Source of the DNA: Eledone cirrhosa
Taxonomy: Eukaryota
Reading direction: 5' to 3'
DNA: 64,000 nt
NCBI GenBank assembly: GCA_964016885.1
Contig: OZ024742.1
Coordinates: 51,708,001-51,772,000 of the forward strand
Part shown: positions 54,673 to 64,000 of the stretch, in pieces
Position numbering within the stretch: position 1 is the first letter of the stretch
Layout: every line of letters starts with the position of its first letter
Notes under the pieces: generated by a model
Told to the model about the DNA's origin: nothing
Database searches by the model: none
Seen by the model: only the letters and a program-made list of their open reading frames with translations
Made by a program: the position numbers and the translations under genes

Positions 54673-55039
54673 TTTGTAAAATAATTAATGATTTCTTTTC
54701 AGCCGATTTGTGCAGATGTATACATTCCAGCAGCATAGGGAGGTGGGATACAGATATAAGGAATGATGCTGTTGATAAAGCCCTGTGTTTCGGTCTTGTT
54801 TTGTGAATATATTTCAATTTGTGTGAGTTGCTGCTGACTCTAACGGAGCTCCTCCAAAAACACATCTGCACAATTCTTGGCCATGCCATCCGTTTCCTTT
54901 CCTTTTTTGTGTTCCTTCCTTTGGTGCTTGCCCCTTCTCCCCTCCTCTCATTACCCTCAATTCGAGATATTTTCTAGACGAAGGCTTGGAGAGGTAGCAA
55001 GCTGAAACTGCCTAGATCATGGTCGACCCTGGAGAACTT

Positions 55040-55109
55040 TCTCGCATTCGTCGGTGGCGATTGTGAAACTGAGATCTCAGTTTGACAATCGCCACCAACT
55101 AATGCGAGA
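55040..55109. repeat. 70-bp loop-less palindrome
   Basis: TCTCGCATTCGTCGGTGGCGATTGTGAAACTGAGA|TCTCAGTTTGACAATCGCCACCAACTAATGCGAGA. Confidence 0.9.
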
Positions 55110-56270
55110 GAGATTTTCAGTAATATTTAAAAGTCTTCCCACCTAAGTTAACAAAGAACTTACTAGATCTACCAACCATATATATTATATTATAAAATTA
55201 AATCAATTTGTTTGGAATTACAAGTGAAGTCATTCGTTTCCTTTTTTTCAAATATACCTAACTGTACTAAGGATCTCACACATTTTCCAATATATATATA
55301 TATATATATATATGAAGTCCAACGAATGCCACCGTCACCAGTTACCAATTATATGTGTGCACTATATGAGAGAGGGCTCTACATGTTGCATAAACCCAAG
55401 GTTATTACATCTCATCTGTCCAGCAGACAAAATGAAGAAGGCATTACACCGGTGGATGGTGGAGGTCCATTGAAATAGACATTCTAATTCACCTTGCTCA
55501 CTCCAGTGGATGACCAAATTCCTCCAAGTAGCAGAGAGTAGGGAGCTTGTTTGGAAACCCTAGAATTCAGACTGCTATAGTTTCACCGACACACATGTCA
55601 AAATGCAGCAGAGAGACTACGTGGGTTATGAATGTTGTAAAGGGACACACACACTGGTGTCTGTGATGTATATTGAGAGGTTGGTTAAGTCTATTGTGTC
55701 ATCTTAAACTTTTTGCACATGACGTCATGCTGAGCTTAATGTCTTTTCATTCTAGAGCGCCTTTTTTGATTTTCGATCCCCTAATATTTCTCTCCGTCTT
55801 TTACAATATTATACTGTGCTATACCATCATATAACTAACGCTCACACAACTAAAACCTATGTTGCTGTGTGCTTCACAAGCCCCAACATTCTATTTCACT
55901 CTATTTATCATCCATCCGTTTTCATCTGCTTTCTGCATTTTTTCTTTCTTATTTTATATTCTTACTACTTGTGCTAAATATATACAACGTGAATGATTAC
56001 TCATTGCAACAGATTGATTCATTGTTTACATATGTGTACAGGAACATTGTAGAATTTAATTTTAAAACCTTAGTTCCTTTAATTTAAATATGCATGCTCT
56101 ACTGCCCTCACCGTCTTTAACAGCAAGTAAATTAACCTTCGGTATACACTTTCGATTGGACTTGAATTTCTAATTACTGTCGACTTCACGTATGTATTGA
56201 CCTTCCCACACATTACCAAAAATAATAGTGTACACCTCTATTAAAATGACTCACACACACAGACATATAC

Positions 56271-56419
<149 letters not shown>

Positions 56420-57217
56420 GAGAGGGGTAGATAGATTTATTTATTTATTTATAGATTACGAATTGATAGATAAAGGCCTGAGAGGATCTCTCACTGTGCT
56501 TTTAAGTACTGGTGTTTAATTCCGGTTTCTTAGTGTTTTATTGATGTAAATAACTATGTAACCATGTTCAATAAGCTTTCCCATTTGATCTTTTCATATA
56601 ACCTAATATCCCAATGTACTGATTGGTGTACATGATACAGGAGTTAATCGTACACCACATATATTGGTCATATAGCATCCATTCACATTATAATTCAAAA
56701 TAACATTAATTACATTCAAGCAATCTGTATGGCAATACATATTTTGTTTCAAAATAATGCTGAGGAGTTCAACACGAACTGTAATCACATTTACTACTCA
56801 TATATTCCCCTTAAAGCAGAATTTGTATTGGTATTAAGACCGTTTAGAGTAGAACCATATAGCATCCTAATATTCTACATGTCCTCAATAGTATTGATTC
56901 ATCTACTCTCATATAATTGCTGCACTCTACACACTGTATTCATGTGCTACTTCATGTTTCAAATATTCATTTCAACATATTCATTCGTTCATGCATATAT
57001 ACATACATACATGAATGTGTGAGTGCATATATGTATATATGTGAATTTAGGGAATTCCAGTGCATGTTACCAGCGTATTCAATAAATGAATCGCTACGAG
57101 TAATATAAAATACACAATACACCATCTATCTATCCATACAATACATAAATATACATATGTGTAAACGCGTGAGTTAGTGGTTAGTACGTTGTGTGCACAA
57201 TTAGTAAGTTGTGTGCA

Positions 57218-57393
57218 CAGGAAGATATGCAATGCTGTTGACAGCTAATAAGCTAGAAACTAGTTCATCGTTCCTTAGTCAGTGTTGAACAAAAGGGCAA
57301 CGATCGTTGCCGAACACTGTACGGCTAATAATTAGAGCTGTTTGTTTATAAACAAACCGAGCATTATAATAAATGTTTGGTAAACCAATACTT

Positions 57394-57428
<35 letters not shown>

Positions 57429-57545
57429 TGTATGTATGTATATACATACTACTGTACGTATGTATAGATATATGTATGTACGTTTACATACTTATAATTA
57501 AGTATCAGCCGTACTAAGAGTGAGAAATGAAATTTCATTCTTTCC

Positions 57546-57550
<5 letters not shown>
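57218..57550 (+). repeat. Second copy of the 254-712 HHR unit, core mutated (CTGTTGA)
   Basis: Reverse-complement homology to 254-510, continuing into 616-712. HHR remnant at 57229-57271. Confidence 0.8.
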
Positions 57551-57609
<59 letters not shown>

Positions 57610-57823
57610 GGAAAAAATGAAATTTCATTTCTCACTCTTAGTACGGCTGAATATATATCAAGGTAGGTGAAGGTAAAACCCAACCGCGACGCCCAAATGA
57701 ATACAAGCCGAAACCGCCAGGTGTTATGGATGTGTTTTTACCTTCATCTCTCTCTCTTATGTATATATATATATATAATATATATATATATATAAATATA
57801 ATATATATATATATATACATATA

Positions 57824-57883
<60 letters not shown>

Positions 57884-57997
57884 AGAGAGAGAGAGAGAGA
57901 GGTAAAAACACATCTGTAACACCTGGCGGTTTCGGCTAGTATTAATTTGGGCATCGCGGTCGGGTTTTACCTTCATCAACCTTGATATATATTCGGC
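57505..57997. repeat. Two abutting (TA)n-centred inverted repeats
   Basis: 57505-57650 has ~45-bp arms and 57646-57997 has ~110-bp arms. Each loop is a (TA)n tract. Confidence 0.9.
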
Positions 57998-60919
57998 TTC
58001 TTCCCATGTACAGAGAACTCCCTTCATTTGTAGTGATTCCGGTCTCAGCACCACACTCTATATATTATAGTTATTGTTTTCAACATATAAACGTTGCTAC
58101 CTCAGGTTTCAAACTGTGCATCTGAGGTTGATTGTGGATTAGCACAGTCAGTTGCATCATTAGCATTCACATAACTGAAAACAAAGATTAACGAGATCTT
58201 GTGTTAATAGCGTCGACCATCTTTATTTACAGTTGCCGGGAAAACAATGATGTAAGTGACTGTACACTGTCCAATCTAACAGTTATAAGTTTGAAATGTG
58301 AGGTAGCAACGTTTCTGTGTGGAAGACAATAACCACAATATTTCAGTTCTCTTCTCTGCATAGAGAAATCTGTTTCTTTTGTCTGTTCGATAGAATTCAT
58401 CAAGATTAAATATATATATATATATATATATGATAAAGAACACAAGAGCGTCTACAACATCAAGAAAATGTTATTGGCTTACAATGTTTCTTCCTTACGT
58501 AACCGTAGGATCCTTCAGAGCTATAAAAGGGGTTTGATTGGTGTTATGGACTCTACCAACCAAACATTCAAGAACAAAGAGTAAAGAGAGTAAAGAGCAA
58601 AAGCAGGGGACAATAAGTCTAAATTTTGGTGCGGGAGGGTGGGGTGTGGGTCCTTGTTTACTAGCTGTGGTCATATTCATTCCCGGTAGTCGAGTGGTTA
58701 GTGGAGCCATAGATGGGGTGGCGTCGATAGTAGGGTGCAGAAGGTGTGCAGAGGCTACACACACACAAAGGGCATACAATATATATATAACGGAGGAGAA
58801 AGTACATGAGGTAATTAGAAATGGAATAAGAGTAATAATAATAATCTATAGTTAATAATGTATAATAAGGCATGGGGAAGATTACACTATAATAAGGTAT
58901 AAAAGTAAGAATAAGGTAAAATATAAAGGAAGATGAAAATGAAAATAAGAATAAAGATACAAAAATATATATAAAAATATATAGAGAATATATAAAAAAT
59001 ATAAGCAAGTATTAGAAAGGGAAAAACACAATGTAAAAAAACAGATTTTGTCAAATAAAAATATTATAAATATGGGGGAAGAAAACGGGAGAGAGAAATA
59101 TAATCAAATGTGATTAGTTGAGAGAATATAAGATCATAATAGTTATGTCAAGTTTATACATCTTAATAATAAATAATATGCATATCAGAGTTACACATCC
59201 TTCAATTCACTTGCAAGTTCAACCCACGTCGCATGGTCCATTGCTCATCTGTGCGGTCGTGTGCGTTTGTGTTTGACACCACAGCAGATGCACAAGTTCG
59301 TAAATTTCAATGCAGATATAAATCTATTTGTGCTTACCCGGACATTGACGGAGGATCCAATATTCCTAGTCCATTGACGACCCAATATGTGTGTGGTGTT
59401 ATTTTGGTCGCACAAATCAATCACTTGGTTCAATATTATGGAATATGGTTTCTGGTCTTCGTTACACTATCAGTGGTTGTATATCTCGAAATCACAAGGA
59501 TCACAGTACTCCGGTTTGGTGTGATTATCGGTCATCCAACTATGTTGTCGGTGGTTGGATTCAATTATATTGCCCAGAACGTATAACTTTGGTGTTGATT
59601 GAACATTAACGAGGCAGAGTGAGATCGCATCTGTGGTACAAAACGGTACGCAAGGAAATTCTTCGTCTTCGTTTCATCCAGGTCTAGCAGTCACGTGCAA
59701 GAACCGCTACGTAGTAATTGTGAGGGTAAACGGTCAAGATAGTAACTGACCGAATATTCTCCTGGGAATTCAGACAGGCATGACAGGTACATTTAGGTCA
59801 GCAGTTTCTTCATGTGTACGTGTGTCCGATACACACAGACACATATTTATATGTATTTCAACTCAAAATATTCAATTGATTCGCTTATTGATATTATATC
59901 TCTGTTGCTCCGATGTGCATGTTGTGATGTTCTGGTCGTGTTTACCATTCACTGTGTTTTGCCATTACCTTTGAATGTGATGTTTTGGTCATCAATATTC
60001 CGGCAAGCGCATTCCTCTCTTATATTGTGGAGGATGGTGTTCTGGTCCTCAGTAAACATTTGGGTCAGCAGGAGGGGTGGTGGTTCTCAGTTTCAACTGC
60101 GACAATACATATGTGTTACTCTACATATCGTGCTCCTCTCAAAGAAGAGTATTATAGGATGAATTCATGCCAAACACCACATATAGAGAAGACCTCTACA
60201 GAAAAAAATTCTCTCTCCGAGAGTTCCTTCCAAATAACCTTTCGGCGACACATAGCGAAGTACACAATACGTAATATACAATATATAACATATAGTGTGT
60301 TATTACATGAGTAGATATTCACCTGTATCATACATGAGAGGCAATAGGGAGTGGGGAGGAAGAGGCCCTGCTTTTATGGTGGAGGTTGGGGTAAACTAGT
60401 ATAAGAATGCACACCCGCAGACGTTCCCGCATCTGTCTGAGTGTACACATGGACAGCGACGCACACACTCAAACACGCATATATGTATACACCCATGCAC
60501 ACACACACGCACGCGCATATATATATATATATATACATACCGCTGTGTGTTAATGAATTTTGTCTTAAACCTGTGAAACACAGTCAGCGTATCTTTGTAT
60601 TTACATATAAATGTGTTTGGGTTTATGTGTATGTGTGTATTCCTGTCGTAGGATTTTATATTAGCAATGCTGCAAGTGCTTCTATTCCATGCATTCAGTA
60701 TTTATGGTTCATTGTGCACTAGTATTGCTTAATGCCATTTATGCTGCCCGCTGTAGATGCTTACTTATGTGGTTTATCTAAGATTCAACTCTGTAACCTT
60801 TCCATTTCTTTTTCAATCTCTCAAAGGTTATCTTTCAATCTCTGGTTATGTCTATCCTCTCTCTCTCTCCCTCCCCCTCTCTCTCACCCCCTCTCTCTCT
60901 TTCACTATGTTTCACTCTC

Positions 60920-61008
<89 letters not shown>

Positions 61009-61054
61009 GTGTGTATTGTGTGCGTTTGTGTGTGTATATATATATGCGTGTATT

Positions 61055-61085
<31 letters not shown>

Positions 61086-61109
61086 ATATATGTTGTTATT
61101 TATTAAAAT

Positions 61110-61200
61110 GCTCTACGGTTCCTATATATTTGATATATATTTATCCTTATCGAGCCCTCTTTGGATTCTAGTCTTCAAATTTATTATTATTACTATATAT
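61110..61200 (+). repeat. (TA)n-anchored repeat end, reverse complement of 13618-13704
   Basis: TTATCCTTATCGAGCCCTCTTTGGATT(C/T)TAGTCTTCAAATTTATTATTATTACTATA is shared. Confidence 0.8.
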
Positions 61201-61389
61201 ATATATATATAGATAATTTAATATATCTACTAACATAAGCGCACAGATGTACGCTAATGCCAGCAAATACACAGGTTATGTCATAGTACCTAGGTGGTTC
61301 AATGCAGGAGAATGCAGAACAATAATATATAAGACGTAAAATAAGAAAATTTCTTTAACAAATTTTTTTTTAAAATTAACTTACTTACT

Positions 61390-61451
<62 letters not shown>

Positions 61452-62475
61452 CATATATATATCAGCATATATATATCACCATATAAAGAGAAGTGCACAT
61501 AGAGATATGTGTTCAATCATACGGGATTTGATATAATGGCTCCTAATGCTTCTTAAGTTGAATTGTGCTGAGCTGCCGTCTTTAGCGGTCTTTTGGTCTA
61601 TTCACACCAATATGGACTATAAAACGCACATGTCGTTTCTCTATACCGTGCGTGTTTTCTTAGCTATCTGATATATGTTTAGATGTGTTGATCTTATAGA
61701 TAGGCAGTCGCGGATAAGCCACACTTACAATATGTATTCTTCACTTTTTAAAGCAAAACATACTCTAATTTGAATATGTTCGCATATTAGTTATACTTGG
61801 ATGGTCAGTACACTTTAATATATTCTTTTAATAGATTTGTATTCACCATTCCTTCCGTAGTTAATATGTTCGTCACTCTAAAAGTTTTTGAACCCCTCTG
61901 ATTGAACATATATCTCTATGTGTACTTCTCTGTATATGCTGACTCATAAAGAGCCCGCGATCTATACCTTGAGTTCATTAGATTATATGCGATAAATGTC
62001 GGTCTTTAACTACGTTTTAAATTTGATATGTATGTATATATATATATGTATACATACACACACACACACAAAACCACCCTCACCCACACACAGACACACA
62101 TATACACATATACATATATCACTGTGTCTTCTTGACTGTCTGACTAATATCTATCAATCTGTCTATCATCTATCTTGCTCTCTGTTGTGTCTCTAATTTT
62201 CTATCTCGATATCTATTCAAAGGTCAAAATCAAAATATCAGGCAAATAATTGAAATAACACTCTAATAAGTTAGTTTTAATCAATGTAGTTTAAGCAAGA
62301 GAAATTAATCGAATTAAAATCATTGATAATGAAAATCATTAAGAAAATGTTGCCAAAAGTATATAACATTATACCATCTGGTGACACCTAAATTAGCCAC
62401 GTTATTTTCAATCAAGGATACACAAATTTCGTATACAATATGGTGCATGGCTTCTAAATACACTACTATGGATCA

Positions 62476-62567
<92 letters not shown>

Positions 62568-62602
62568 ACACCCACACACAAACACACACACATATGTATA
62601 TA

Positions 62603-62687
<85 letters not shown>

Positions 62688-63687
62688 GTAAGTATGCATG
62701 TATGTATACGTACATACATATATGTATACAGACGTACAGTAGTGTGTATATATATGCATCCATGCACACATATATATATGCACGTATCGGTTTACCGAAC
62801 ATTTATTATAATGCTCGGTTTCATTCTATTCCATATATATATATACATAAAGAATTTTTCGCTCTACATGGCTAAATACAATAAATGTAATCTGAGTTTT
62901 ACGAATATTAATAATAATATTCGATTCGTTTGCAATTATGCAAACAAGCCTTATTTTTAAAGCCATGTCAGTAGAATGAGCCCCCATTCTTGCTCTTATG
63001 TTGGCATGTAAGCAGAACTGCAGTGCAAGCTCCTGTGCTTTGCGAATAAGAAATTCAGCCCTTAATATTCGTCTCAGTTGTAAATACAATATCTTTGTTA
63101 ATGCTTGAAATATTTGACGCACTTTCATTAGGTCGCCACGTTTAGCTCAATAAAGTTTGCGATTTGTAGGTCAATGTTTGAGATATTCTGAGGAACTATG
63201 TGTAAAGCAGTCATCACATTGGTGGTTTATAAATCTAGCAAGTTTATTTATATGCTTCAAAATGAGACAGCATCTGGAATACGAATAATGATGCCGAGCT
63301 GAGACATCTGGAATGGACATATACCTTAGTTTCGATAGGATGTTTATTTGAGATTTCATACGTGTATGTGTAAATAGGTGCATATATGTGTTTATATTTT
63401 ACTTTGGGAAGAGAATATATTTGTCGTTTCTGCACTTTGCTTACATATACACTCTTATTTACTTTCATATATCAATTGTGATCCATTTATGATTTAATGT
63501 TATTTATGATACCCTGCACCAACTTTGAATGTTTGTGGTTGCCTAAGATCTTGCATGATTAGATAGATGTTAACGATAGATATATATTGATATATCAATA
63601 TATCAGAAAACCGAACTATGGTAATTCTAAGCTTTTCTTCTCTTCAACCCACTTTCTCACTCTCTCACTCCTTTGCTTTTATTCCCC

Positions 63688-63849
<162 letters not shown>

Positions 63850-63892
63850 GTATGTACACACACACACATATATATACGTATATATATTTATA

Positions 63893-64000
63893 TAAATAAA
63901 TTAATAAAAACAATGAATAAAAACAAAGAACAAGTTCCTTATATTAAAAAATTCATCATTTTACGATCGTTTCTAGGATATATATGTGTGTTGGTATGTA
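63893..64000 (-). repeat. PLE 3'-terminal segment (same family as 49366-49470), cut by the window end
   Basis: AAAACAAAGAACAAGTTCCTTATATTAAAAA..TTCATCATTTTACGATCGTTTC, including the HHR 3' half GAAA-cgatcg-TA on the minus strand. Confidence 0.85.

Noticed and set aside
56756-56792. CTGAGGA with a hairpin and aatg/catt closing stem
   Set aside because: GAAA is replaced by GTAA and there is no stem III. Compatible with chance.
59200-60314. Cluster of 60-117 aa ORFs in moderately complex sequence
   Set aside because: No identifiable motifs, and the overlapping short frames are consistent with chance or an unrecognised decayed repeat.

Overview
AT-rich eukaryotic DNA saturated with microsatellites. 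No intact host gene is visible. The dominant ~190-bp tRNA-type SINE resembles one I recognise from octopus genomes, so the source is probably an octopod cephalopod (inference, not database-checked). Most ORFs in the supplied track are (TA)n/(TG)n/(GA)n artefacts. The real coding remnants all come from transposons: six Penelope-like element (PLE) RT/GIY-YIG fragments, a Helitron Rep/Hel pseudogene, a 5'-truncated Tx1/L1-like LINE, RTE and R4/Dong-like LINE pieces, a mariner transposase and a hAT (Charlie/SPIN-like) element. Two structures stand out. (1) The window holds many type I hammerhead ribozyme (HHR) motifs from several unrelated repeat families, mostly next to (TA)n tracts. Three are canonical (454-496 on -, 23498-23550 on +, 53587-53647 on +), one family has a CAGAAGA variant core, and several are decayed. 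They go with a ~431-nt head-to-tail, retrozyme-like unit and about ten fold-back palindromes. (2) A hAT composite at 37613-40996 has reciprocally swapped 8-bp target-site duplications (TSDs), a cointegrate/macrotransposon-like signature that brackets an 832-bp passenger inside a cleanly split RTE LINE.
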